This document shows, piece after piece, positions 25,918-35,614 of a DNA stretch of 64,000 bases. The position numbers were made by a program, and so were the translations under genes. Below the pieces are notes generated by a model. That model searched no databases and was not told the DNA's origin. It saw only the letters and a list, made by a program, of their open reading frames with translations. How positions within the stretch are numbered: the stretch's first letter is position 1; each line of letters starts with the position of its first letter. The DNA comes from a virus (Duplodnaviria > Caudoviricetes): the IMG/VR virus record IMGVR_UViG_2595698333_000001, positions 38,320 to 102,319 of that record. One strand, given 5' to 3'.

Positions 25918-28900
25918 GCCCATCGAGATTCGGGAGAACGTGCGCGTCTACATCCGCACGCTCGACGAGGCTCCTGAATCGGTAGACCTCGAAGTCGCTG
26001 ACGAGGACGACCCGGGTGAGTACTACTACGAAGTGCCGCTCGACGAACTGGGTAAGCGCCTCGGGAAGCGGTACATCCGCTACGATGGCCCTGAGGGGCG
26101 CGGATTCTTCGACACGGCACGAGGCGAACTGCGTACCCGCCCGCGTGGAGACGACCGCGAGACGAACGAGAACACGGTCAAGAACAAAATCTTCGAGAAG
26201 GCTGACCGTATCCTCGACAAGTACAAGATATACATCAGCGACGCGGACACTCGCGCAGAGGCGGAACAGATGGCGCCCGAGTGGGCCGACGTGCAGGTGA
26301 CCGAGCAGGGCGCGTTCTACTACGAGAAGCTGCCCGGGCAGGGCGGTGACGATGGCCTCGATGAGGATGAGCTCGAAGTGGGCGACTACGACGTGGATAC
26401 CACGTTCGGAAAAATCGTCGCCGACCGAGTCAACAACGACGACGTGGGAGACATCCCGGTCGACGACTTCCACGAGTACATGGACCAAATCGAGGACGAG
26501 GAGCTCATCAAGGACTGTCTCCAGGCGGAGATTGACGGTCCTGGTCGCAAGACGGGCAAGCAGTTCATCGAGCAACGCGCTCGTGCGCTCGACATAGACC
26601 TCGACCTGTTCTACAAAGACACCGGGCCTGACAAAACCGGGAAGGGCGGCATCACGTCACTCAGTGAGGTTGAGATTGACGTTGACCAACTGTCGTCGGA
26701 GGTCGTTGTCTCGGCGGAGGATAATCCCCATACGACGGAGGACTGGTCGGTGCAGAAGATGTATGAGTATTACATCGAGGAGGGTAATCCGATGCCGGCG
26801 GGCATGGGCGCCCAGCATGACATTCCAGGCGGGACGATGACTACCGTTCTGGAGGAGCATGTTGATGACCCCGCGGTACTCATGCAGTTCTACAACGAAG
26901 GAGGCCTCCAGCAACGTCGGGACGTTCGTGATATACTGGAGGAGAAGCACGGGGTCATAGCGAAGGTCGAGACGGTAGACAGTCAGTATCGTTTTGACCT
27001 CGACGGCATGCAGGAGTACATGACCGAGGAGGAGGTGCAGGAACTGAGCGAAGGTGACGCCATCGTCTTCGACGACTTCGCAGGCGGGTTCATGGAAGGA
27101 GAGGTCGTCGAGGTCCGGAACGCTGGAATCGAGGTCAAAGGACCGCACGGCGGGACGCAAGAAATCCCGCTGACCAACGTCTTCACGCCTGAGTACTATC
27201 TCGCGTCCCAACTCGAGAAGGACGGTATCAACGTTGACGCGGGTCTTCTCGACTGGACAGCGCCTGACGGGATTATCGAGCAAATCGAGGACGACTCGGT
27301 CCTGTCTCGTGCGCTTCAGTGGGACGAGGACGGCAACGACATGGACCTGCGTCCCGAGACGGTGCAGCGTATCAACGGACGCCTCACTGAAGTGTCGCCA
27401 CCTGACCCCGAGGAGTACGGCATGACCGAGGAGTCGATGAACCTCCTCCACGGTGCGACGTGGCCCGAGTGGGACGACACGGGCAGGAAGCAGGGCACCG
27501 GGATGTCCGACGACCTCGCGCGAGTATACGAGGACGCGACGACAGATGACCTCAAGAACTATCTTGAGGTGTGCGAGGACAACGACCTCGACCAACGCGC
27601 GGATGTCGTCAGAGGCATGCTGTACTACCGAGAGGACGGTGATACAGACGTCTGGGACATCTTCGAGTACGAGCGAACGGCGCACGGCAACTACTCAGGT
27701 GCGACCGAGGATACCGCTGACCGTATCAAGGTCGGTGCGGAGATGACGATGGACAACCTCGAGCCGCACGTCGGCGCTCAACTCGCTGGGCATATCGAGA
27801 GGTTCGAGCTTCAGATGCCGCCCGACGGGTCGAACTGGGCAGGTCAGTCGCAGAGCGGGGGTCGGACGATGGCGATAGACGACCCGTACAACGTCGAGAA
27901 GACAACGTCCCACGAGATGGGGCACGCCTTCCATAACTTCCTCGGTATCAAGAACGACGGGTACGGGACGATTGACAACCGCGACAACGCGAACGACCCG
28001 ATGAGCTGGAAGTTCGGTGCGAACGCGCCGAGCAACGACAACGACGCCGCCAACGAGTTCTACGAAGACATGAAGAATGAGTGGGAGGCGTACAAGAAAA
28101 CGATGGCCGGCGAGTCGGACGACGCGAACGAGATTCGTTCGTATCAGAAGCGGCACGGAGTCGAACTGATGGCAGTCGGGTTCGCGCACTGGAACATGGA
28201 CCCGTACAAACTTCGCACCCGTCACCCCGGTCTCGCCAAAGCGTTCGACAAGCACCTCGGTGATGGCATCGTTGACCCGATAAGTCCCAGTGAGGTCGAG
28301 GAGGAGCAGTACTACGAGATAGCACGCGAGGGAACGGGGCGCGTGACCGCACAGGTCCAGGACGTTGAGGAGGACGGAGGTGTGACCTCGTTCTACTGTA
28401 AAATCGTCGAAGGACCGCGTGAAGGTCGTAGCATGTGGTTCTCGTCTGAGGACTCGGTGTTCGAGGCGAAGAGCGACGAGTGGGAGCCGGTCGACTTCAG
28501 TCACGGCATGAAGTACACGGTTGAGCTCGGGCATGACGACCCGCGTGAGGAGGTGTATATCGACCGTGATACCCGCGTCATGGGCGGTGACTTCATGGTG
28601 AGGGACAGCATGGGTAACCCGGTCGGGCAGTGGACAGAATCACAGCTCGAGGACAACCTCGTTGACCGCTCGGGTGAAGAAGGCGAGATTCCCTGGAGTG
28701 CTGACCAGGCAGAGAAAGGTGACCTCGTGGAAATGCACGGTGTCGAAGTGAACGTCCGCGACGTGGACGACTTCAACAACGAGCTCGTCCTCGAAGACGC
28801 GCAGGGAGAGAAGCGAACACTGTCGTTCGACGAGGTTAGCGAACTGCGTCAGAAGGGCGACTTCGAGCCCGTCTCCAACGTCGTTGACTGGGACGAGATT

Positions 28901-29056
28901 ACGAGTAACAACTCGTATCAGTTCGTCGCCGACGACGCGAGGTATAACGGTACCGTCGTCGGCATCGAGGAGGGTCGTGTCCAAATCGAGCAGAGTCACG
29001 GCGGCACCTCGTACATCGAGCGGGATGAGATTGAGGAAGTTCGACGGAGGGCCTAA
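25910..29056 (+). CDS. large head-associated multidomain protein with zincin metallopeptidase
   Basis: HEMGH at 27911 plus downstream ELMA and L...HP; repeated YI/V..APE modules. Confidence 0.75.
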   Translation: MSEPIEIRENVRVYIRTLDEAPESVDLEVADEDDPGEYYYEVPLDELGKRLGKRYIRYDGPEGRGFFDTARGELRTRPRGDDRETNENTVKNKIFEKADRILDKYKIYISDADTRAEAEQMAPEWADVQVTEQGAFYYEKLPGQGGDDGLDEDELEVGDYDVDTTFGKIVADRVNNDDVGDIPVDDFHEYMDQIEDEELIKDCLQAEIDGPGRKTGKQFIEQRARALDIDLDLFYKDTGPDKTGKGGITSLSEVEIDVDQLSSEVVVSAEDNPHTTEDWSVQKMYEYYIEEGNPMPAGMGAQHDIPGGTMTTVLEEHVDDPAVLMQFYNEGGLQQRRDVRDILEEKHGVIAKVETVDSQYRFDLDGMQEYMTEEEVQELSEGDAIVFDDFAGGFMEGEVVEVRNAGIEVKGPHGGTQEIPLTNVFTPEYYLASQLEKDGINVDAGLLDWTAPDGIIEQIEDDSVLSRALQWDEDGNDMDLRPETVQRINGRLTEVSPPDPEEYGMTEESMNLLHGATWPEWDDTGRKQGTGMSDDLARVYEDATTDDLKNYLEVCEDNDLDQRADVVRGMLYYREDGDTDVWDIFEYERTAHGNYSGATEDTADRIKVGAEMTMDNLEPHVGAQLAGHIERFELQMPPDGSNWAGQSQSGGRTMAIDDPYNVEKTTSHEMGHAFHNFLGIKNDGYGTIDNRDNANDPMSWKFGANAPSNDNDAANEFYEDMKNEWEAYKKTMAGESDDANEIRSYQKRHGVELMAVGFAHWNMDPYKLRTRHPGLAKAFDKHLGDGIVDPISPSEVEEEQYYEIAREGTGRVTAQVQDVEEDGGVTSFYCKIVEGPREGRSMWFSSEDSVFEAKSDEWEPVDFSHGMKYTVELGHDDPREEVYIDRDTRVMGGDFMVRDSMGNPVGQWTESQLEDNLVDRSGEEGEIPWSADQAEKGDLVEMHGVEVNVRDVDDFNNELVLEDAQGEKRTLSFDEVSELRQKGDFEPVSNVVDWDEITSNNSYQFVADDARYNGTVVGIEEGRVQIEQSHGGTSYIERDEIEEVRRRA

Positions 29057-29058
29057 TC

Positions 29059-30291
29059 ATGGAAGTAGACATCGGAAACTACCATACGGAGGAACAGGTC
29101 GGGACGATTGACGACGAGGGCAACCTCGAGACGGAGAGCGGTGCGCTCGAAGAAGTCGCACGTCCCCTCATCGAGGATGGCATCTACGGGTACTACCCGT
29201 TCCACGCAGACGGTCGTGAGGGAGGTGAAGACATCGTCTACCGCGAGTTCCATATCACGCCTGGGACGACTGGGTGGCTGCGTGAGTTCTTCGACAACCT
29301 CCCCTCGCCATACGACTGCGAGATGGACGTTCTCGACGAACTGCCCACGTTCGACCCTGACGACTACCTCAAGGAGAAGTTCAAGAAGAACGACTTCCCA
29401 CCCTGGTGCCGTTCATGCGGGGAGAGACGACGCATGAGCGGTTCCTTCGTCTGCCCCTCGTGTCACCCGGACGAGGATGAGGACGAGTACGACGGGCCTC
29501 TCGCCGGGGACGCTGACGCGGAGAAGGATAACGCCGTGACGACAGGCAGCAGCGGATACAGCAACGCGACCTACGGCGGTGTGTCCGGGACGACACTCGA
29601 CTTCGACCACTGGGAATCGGAGTACATGGACCTGCGTAAAGCCATAGACGAGGAAGATATGGCTTACGAAGACCTCGACGACCTCCTCCATCATGCGCAC
29701 CGGTGCGTGGTCGAGTGGTATCCCAACGAGGGAGAGGACCTCTCGAAGGCGCCGAATATGTGGGCCGAAGCAGACAACGTCCCTGACTTCGTGCGCAAGG
29801 TCATAGAGTTCGTTATCGAGAACAGAGACATCATCTACACGTCGTTCGAGGACCTTCCGCATGACGCTGCCCTGCGGGTGAAGGAGATACTGAAGGAGGA
29901 ACTCCAGGAACCCGAAGGGTGGTCGATTGACTCACTCACCGAGACACTGTCCGACGAACTGCGTATCAGCGAGGACAAGGCGCAGTCGATTGCTCGCACG
30001 GAATCGGGCGCGGTACTCAATACGTCTCGTGAGGTCGCCTACGAGTCGTCGCCTGGCTCGGACGACTTCGTGTACTACTGGTCGGGTGCTGACGATTCCC
30101 GGACGACGGACCTGTGTCACGACATTAAGGACGAGGTGGATGACCGGGGAGGCGCTGTCCCGATGGACGAGCTCAAGACGATTCTCCTCGACAAAGCGCA
30201 CGACTACGACTACGGAACGCCCGGACGGGTTGACGAGTGGATGCCGCACTACAACTGTCGTCATACCTTTGTCCGCGACGTTCAACTATAG
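29059..30291 (+). CDS. MuF / SPP1 gp7-like head morphogenesis protein
   Basis: IARTE, W....DSRT...C, PHYNCRH. Confidence 0.88.
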   Translation: MEVDIGNYHTEEQVGTIDDEGNLETESGALEEVARPLIEDGIYGYYPFHADGREGGEDIVYREFHITPGTTGWLREFFDNLPSPYDCEMDVLDELPTFDPDDYLKEKFKKNDFPPWCRSCGERRRMSGSFVCPSCHPDEDEDEYDGPLAGDADAEKDNAVTTGSSGYSNATYGGVSGTTLDFDHWESEYMDLRKAIDEEDMAYEDLDDLLHHAHRCVVEWYPNEGEDLSKAPNMWAEADNVPDFVRKVIEFVIENRDIIYTSFEDLPHDAALRVKEILKEELQEPEGWSIDSLTETLSDELRISEDKAQSIARTESGAVLNTSREVAYESSPGSDDFVYYWSGADDSRTTDLCHDIKDEVDDRGGAVPMDELKTILLDKAHDYDYGTPGRVDEWMPHYNCRHTFVRDVQL

Positions 30292-30302
30292 AAACAAGGA
30301 CG

Positions 30303-33300
30303 ATGAAGCAACAAATCTTCAAGGAGATGCTCGCTCGGCGTGCCGCGGCAATCGCCAAAGACCGCGTGTACGTTGACTCTCCTGACGAAGCGCCAGAGGG
30401 CGTGCAAGTTCAGCAGGGTGACCGCGGGGGACTGTGGTACCCGAGTGAGCAGGCAGAAGGAACGGGTACTGACCAGGACGGAGACGGCGAACCCGAGACG
30501 CCCGAACCCGTGCAGTGGGACCGTCCTGAACCTGATGAGCTCGACGAGTACGTGGACAAGGTGCAGTCGTCTGACTGGTGGTCGAACGGCCACGAAGAGT
30601 TCAAGAAGTCGTGGGAGGAAGGCAAGAACACCGAGAACGAGCATACGAACGAGGATGGCGAGTACGACCCGGAGCGGGCAGAGAAACATCAGGAGTGGGC
30701 GGAGGACCTCCTTAACGAAGACGCCCGCGTTGACCCGGACAGCGACGAAGACCCGGTCGGTGTGATTCTCCTCGGTCCTCCTGGCGCCGGGAAGGGATGG
30801 TGGCAGGAGCAGGTCGAGGAAGGTGCCTACGGAGATTCGTTCGACCGAGAGTTCACGCACATCTCTTCTGACGCGACGAAGGAGCCGATTCCCGAGTACG
30901 ACGGTGAGAACGCTTCCTACGTGCATGACGAGGCGTCTCATATCGCCAAGAACAACCTCGCTCCCGAGGCCATCGACCGCAACCACAACGTCGTAGTGGA
31001 CAAGGTCGCTACGTCGCCTGAGTCGACGAAGCGCATGATAGAGAACATGGAGGAGCAGGGGTACGATATTCGCGCCTCGTTCGTTGATGTTCCGTCCGAG
31101 AAGTCGGCGTACAACGTCGTACAGCGGTACCATGATGAAGGACGGTTCACTCCCCTCGACTACACGGTCGGCGCACGAGATGACAGTTGGGAGTCGTTCC
31201 AAGAAATCACCGAGGACATTCCGGAGGAGAAGGTCGGGGTGTTCAACAACGACGTAGAATGGGGCAACCCGCCTGAACCCGAAGAGGTCGGAGAGGACCT
31301 GTTCAAGCAGTTCATGCGGCGTCTCGCGCAGAAGAACGGGTACACTCTGCTCACTACTTTCACCGAGGTCCGTAGGTTTATGTGCGCAGGTGACGAAGCG
31401 CTACGTGATGGCAGACGAAGCACCCGAACGTCCGCCGCCGGACGCGAGCGCCGAGGAGATTCAGGAGTGGATGGACGAGAGCTTCTCGTACGCTCTGGCG
31501 GAGGGGACGGAACCGGACGACGAGTAACCAGGGACGACCTGGTTGACGCTGCGCAGTCTATTCTGAAGGATATTGACGGTGAGGATTTTAGGAAGGAGTG
31601 GGTAAGCGACCCGACTGAACAGGCACCGAACCGGTGGACGAATACTGCGACAGGAGAACATCGTTACCAAGAAACGAAACCTGACACAGGAGCTGGTCTT
31701 ACTGACGAAGAGGATAGCGGGGGTGCAGTTGGTGACCAGGAATTACGTCGTGCTATCGAGCAGTTAGAGAATCCTTCGCGTGAGGATGTCCAAGAATACT
31801 TCGGGTTGGATGAGGTGAATTGGTCGGTGTATGAAGATGAAGGAGTCGACTCGTTTGACCTTTCGACAGCGGTGTCTATGACGCTTGCAGAATATGATAC
31901 GATGGAGGAGTTTAATTCTGCTGTTGAATCTGGAGAGTTTGACGTAGAATTACAGGATAATTACTCGTTGTATTCTGACCCGGACGACCTCGCTCAACTT
32001 GAGGGAGAGATAGCACAAAATATCCGAGACGATGCTGCTCAAATGCACGTTGAGGAGTTGGTCACTGAGAATGCTGACGCGGTACGCAGTGTGACTGATG
32101 AGCCAGATATTCCACAGGGCGAGGAGGATGAGGAAACTACCGAGGACGAGGGAGGTGAAGACGGTGGAGGATACGAGGACGAGTATGAATCGTTCGACCT
32201 TCATAACGTTGAGTTTAGTGAGGTGTCCGAAGATGACTACCTCGTGATTGATGGGCGGCGTGGGCGTGAGAAAATCAAAGTTCAATCGGTAGAGGAGTCG
32301 GACGAGGGTAAAGTGATTATCAGTGGTGTTACGCCTGATGGCCGTTCGAGTGGTGTTGTTAGCGATAGGGAGGGGAGTCAGATTCTCGGTCAACTTCAAG
32401 ATGGAGAGGCGTATAAGTCGGGTGTTGAGCGTGGTGTGCAGGAAACGATAGAGCAATATGACGATACGATTCAGGAGGTGAAGGATAACTTTACGAATAG
32501 TGATATTCGTGACGGGTTAGAGGAGTTTGACGCTGGACGGCAGGGTTCGTTCAAACGTCTGTCGAGTAGTGCAGCGATGAGTCTCCGTTCTACTATCTCC
32601 GATGCTGTCGGGGACAAAGAAGCAGTTGATGAGTTATGGGCTCGTATGAACGAGATGAAGCAGTCATCGACTGGTAGTCAACGAGAATACGTCGATGCTC
32701 TCGCTAAGGAGACGTTCGGGATAGAGGACGCTGATACATGGGGCGATGCTGACCCCGATGACTATGACTTCTCTGAAGCGGATAAGGAAGCGATGGCTGT
32801 GGCTGCGGCAGCGTCTCAACGAGTACTCGAGCAGGCAGGTGATAATAAAATCCATCGAGGTGTTCGGGAGGGTGGGTCAGCTCAGTTAGCGAAGGCGTGG
32901 CTCGAGGACCCGATGGCGACTGACTTCGAGATTAACGAAAACGCGACAGCGAACTATTCTTCGCTTGAAGATGTCGCTCGTGGGTATGGTGATATTACTG
33001 TAGATAAAGATGTAACAGAAGGTGCTGTTCTCAACGCGAACGATATGATACGCGGGATGTATCGTTCGTCTGCGGCAGCAGATGAGGCTGAGGTGTGGGC
33101 CCCGGGTAGTGAGCAATCCGTCAGTTCATGGGACGTTTCAATTGGGTCGGAACGTGTCGAGGGTGAGTATGAGCGGATGTACTTGGGTGATTATCAAGGA
33201 CCGATTGAAGAAATCGAGGATGAAAAGTTCCTTCGTCGGATGGGTAAGCAGATAGAGCATCTACAGAAATCTGAAGATATTGATTCGTTGAGTGATGAAG

Positions 33301-34244
33301 CGAAGAAAAATCTTCAGAAGTTCGGTGAGCGTATGGACGACGTTCTTAGCGATTATGACTTCGACGAGGTTGTAGATGATTTGATGGAGAAAAATGATAG
33401 TGGGAGTGTTATCGACTTGACTAGTGAGGCCGGGTGGTTAGACGAGTTGAGAGACGAAGAAAGTGACGACGATGACTCCGACGACGATATGGACAAGTTC
33501 GTCAAGGCAGCAGAGAGTGTCCTGAAGGATTGGGTCAGTGACCCGACCGAGCAAGCGCCTAACAGGTGGACACATACAGAGACAGGCGAGCACAGGTATC
33601 AGGAGACGAAACCTGGTTCATCCGAAGATGGCGGAGAGAGTACTGAGGATAACGGACCTGGTGAGGCTGACGATGGTACTGATATTGATAGTGTGGACGA
33701 CCTTCCGACTACAGAGAAAATAGACATGGAAATATCTCTTGACAACGAAACTCAGGTCAGTGATATTAGTGACTATAGGGCTGGTTCATTCTCTTTCGTC
33801 AACGAGGCTTTGAGAGGGTCTCGTGAGGTTAATGATGAAGCGAGTCGGATTATTGAATCTGTCTCGGATGCTATTGACGAGGCAGGTGACTTTGAGGAGG
33901 CGACTGTGTATCGAGGACTTGAAGCAACTCCTGAACTTGCTGATAAATTTGAGGAGGGGGAGACAGTTCGCCTAGGAGGCTTTCAATCGACTTCACATGA
34001 CCCGTCGACTGCGTCTAACTTCGCACGCACTCCTGATTGGGACGATGAGCGGAAAGACATAATCATGGAAATTGATACGACTCGGGGATTCCCTACGTAC
34101 AGCAGTGATGAGTTGGGTGAGGGTATCGAGGCTGATGAAGTAATTCTCGGGCATAACTGGTCGTATAGGATTGAGGGTGTTAGTGAGGTCGGGGGCAAGA
34201 TGAAGGTCAATATGTCCTTAGTTGGAGGTGGTAACGATGAGTGA
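30303..34244 (+). CDS. polyprotein: zeta-toxin-like P-loop kinase plus two ADP-ribosyltransferase-like domains
   Basis: LGPPGAGKG..ISSD..K..VHDEAS (zeta); IHRG..NYSS..EAEVW (ART1); VNEALRG..VYRG..FQSTS..DEVIL (ART2, VIP2-like). Confidence 0.8.
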   Translation: MKQQIFKEMLARRAAAIAKDRVYVDSPDEAPEGVQVQQGDRGGLWYPSEQAEGTGTDQDGDGEPETPEPVQWDRPEPDELDEYVDKVQSSDWWSNGHEEFKKSWEEGKNTENEHTNEDGEYDPERAEKHQEWAEDLLNEDARVDPDSDEDPVGVILLGPPGAGKGWWQEQVEEGAYGDSFDREFTHISSDATKEPIPEYDGENASYVHDEASHIAKNNLAPEAIDRNHNVVVDKVATSPESTKRMIENMEEQGYDIRASFVDVPSEKSAYNVVQRYHDEGRFTPLDYTVGARDDSWESFQEITEDIPEEKVGVFNNDVEWGNPPEPEEVGEDLFKQFMRRLAQKNGYTLLTTFTEVRRFMCAGDEALRDGRRSTRTSAAGRERRGDSGVDGRELLVRSGGGDGTGRRVTRDDLVDAAQSILKDIDGEDFRKEWVSDPTEQAPNRWTNTATGEHRYQETKPDTGAGLTDEEDSGGAVGDQELRRAIEQLENPSREDVQEYFGLDEVNWSVYEDEGVDSFDLSTAVSMTLAEYDTMEEFNSAVESGEFDVELQDNYSLYSDPDDLAQLEGEIAQNIRDDAAQMHVEELVTENADAVRSVTDEPDIPQGEEDEETTEDEGGEDGGGYEDEYESFDLHNVEFSEVSEDDYLVIDGRRGREKIKVQSVEESDEGKVIISGVTPDGRSSGVVSDREGSQILGQLQDGEAYKSGVERGVQETIEQYDDTIQEVKDNFTNSDIRDGLEEFDAGRQGSFKRLSSSAAMSLRSTISDAVGDKEAVDELWARMNEMKQSSTGSQREYVDALAKETFGIEDADTWGDADPDDYDFSEADKEAMAVAAAASQRVLEQAGDNKIHRGVREGGSAQLAKAWLEDPMATDFEINENATANYSSLEDVARGYGDITVDKDVTEGAVLNANDMIRGMYRSSAAADEAEVWAPGSEQSVSSWDVSIGSERVEGEYERMYLGDYQGPIEEIEDEKFLRRMGKQIEHLQKSEDIDSLSDEAKKNLQKFGERMDDVLSDYDFDEVVDDLMEKNDSGSVIDLTSEAGWLDELRDEESDDDDSDDDMDKFVKAAESVLKDWVSDPTEQAPNRWTHTETGEHRYQETKPGSSEDGGESTEDNGPGEADDGTDIDSVDDLPTTEKIDMEISLDNETQVSDISDYRAGSFSFVNEALRGSREVNDEASRIIESVSDAIDEAGDFEEATVYRGLEATPELADKFEEGETVRLGGFQSTSHDPSTASNFARTPDWDDERKDIIMEIDTTRGFPTYSSDELGEGIEADEVILGHNWSYRIEGVSEVGGKMKVNMSLVGGGNDE
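31353..31386 (+). promoter_or_regulatory. class-2 promoter motif inside a CDS
   Basis: Ungapped match to intergenic 54237-54270 and 56532-56565 (ACTTTCAC-N5-TCC-N5-TWTATGYG). Confidence 0.6.
31408..31527 (+). CDS. nested +1-frame acidic microprotein (39 aa)
   Basis: MADEAPERPPPDASAEEIQEWMDESFSYALAEGTEPDDE*; upstream GGTG SD and promoter motif. Confidence 0.6.
   Translation: MADEAPERPPPDASAEEIQEWMDESFSYALAEGTEPDDE
31593..33615 (+). repeat. duplicated 30-aa module (31593-31683 and 33525-33615)
   Basis: KEWVSDPTEQAPNRWTNTATGEHRYQETKP vs KDWVSDPTEQAPNRWTHTETGEHRYQETKP, with many synonymous changes. Confidence 0.9.
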
Positions 34245-34698
34245 CCAGGATAGCTCCAGGTTTATAGCTGATTCTGAGGCGATTAATTTTGAAGGTGATA
34301 GTGACGATGAGCAGGACGACGTTGTTGAGGAGGCAGTAGACAAAGTCACGTCATGGCTCCCACTTGCCTCTGAATCGCCAGACCCGGAACGCGAACGAGT
34401 CGATGCTCCGTGGAACGAGGTCGAGGACGAGGAGGAGCTCGCCGACAAGTTCGTGAAGCGACTGATGGAGAAGTATCGCGTGTATGTTGATTCTCCATCG
34501 GATGCTCCGGAAGGTGTGCAGGTTCAGCAAGGTCCGTCTGGTGCATGGTTCTACTACAGCAATCAGACACAGGAGAATACGCCTACCAAAGTTTACATCT
34601 CGTCGCCACAAGAAGCTCCTGAAGATTGTACGGTTAGAGGCGGTCCATCGGGCGGTTACTTCTATTACGCCCGAGAACATCCTCGTGGCCAGAGATAG
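34237..34698 (+). CDS. small protein with two VY..S..APE...G..G.FY modules
   Basis: RVYVDSPSDAPEGVQVQQG nearly identical to the N-terminus of 30303. Confidence 0.8.
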   Translation: MSDQDSSRFIADSEAINFEGDSDDEQDDVVEEAVDKVTSWLPLASESPDPERERVDAPWNEVEDEEELADKFVKRLMEKYRVYVDSPSDAPEGVQVQQGPSGAWFYYSNQTQENTPTKVYISSPQEAPEDCTVRGGPSGGYFYYAREHPRGQR

Positions 34699-35193
34699 TT
34701 ACTCGATTCTCTGAATCCACTCCTTTGTGCTTTTCCCGTTGTACCCTTTGGTGTTGAGTGATTTTGCTCGTTTGATGAGTTCTTTGAGTTGGTCCTTAGA
34801 TTTACGGGATTGGTGTTTGTCGTTGTAGTAGTAGATTTCTTTGCGTAACTCGTTCCACTCGAGGAACGTGGAGAACTTGTCTGTGCTTGATAGGAAGTCG
34901 GTTTCCGTATTGACCATCATAATCTGGTCACTCAGTTCGACGAGGTCTTCTCGGCTGGTGACTTTCCACTGCGTTTGATTGGGTGTGTGGTTCGGTTCAA
35001 TCCTTCCTATTCCATACGTCTCTTGGAACTGTTCGAGGACTTCACGGTCATCGTCATGCAGGTTGACACTGAAGTACGGGGTCAAACCAACGTTGTGCCG
35101 TATTCTTTCTTCGCTGTATCGTAGTTGAACTCCGAAGCAGCCTTCGCCTGCTATGTATCCGGCCAGGAAGCACCGGTCATGGCTACGCGACAT
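34699..35193 (-). CDS. LAGLIDADG homing endonuclease (antisense insertion)
   Basis: FLAGYIAGEGCF; AT-rich. Confidence 0.85.
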   Translation of the reverse strand: MSRSHDRCFLAGYIAGEGCFGVQLRYSEERIRHNVGLTPYFSVNLHDDDREVLEQFQETYGIGRIEPNHTPNQTQWKVTSREDLVELSDQIMMVNTETDFLSSTDKFSTFLEWNELRKEIYYYNDKHQSRKSKDQLKELIKRAKSLNTKGYNGKSTKEWIQRIE

Positions 35194-35452
35194 ACATATG
35201 TCTTGTAGCGAGAATACAAATGTTTTTCGTCTTGTCGCTATAGAGTGTATCGGTAGATATTGGAAGAAGACCGTTTCTCTCGTGTGATTATGGGCGTGTC
35301 AGTGTATCGAGCTACGGTCTGTATTGTTCTTGGCTTACTTATAAACTATATTAATGACGGGTACTGGGTAGTGCGGGTTTGGGTATGCACTTTAGTTAAA
35401 CCCCACTAGGCAGAACGATGCTATGAAGAGGTCGCCAGACCACCGAGCATCC

Positions 35453-35614
35453 ATGACAACGTGTTCCAACTGCGGCGCCGACGTTGACGGCACCACCCAG
35501 AAGAACCTGAAGGGTCGTCCGTCGTCGAAGTCGCAGCCTCGGGAGTGTCCTGAGTGCGGGCACGAACTGGAGAAGTCGCTCGGGCGAAACAACCCCTCGC
35601 TACTCAACAAGTAA
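35453..35614 (+). CDS. small zinc-ribbon protein
   Basis: CSNCG...CPECG; stop overlaps protease start. Confidence 0.6.
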   Translation: MTTCSNCGADVDGTTQKNLKGRPSSKSQPRECPECGHELEKSLGRNNPSLLNK

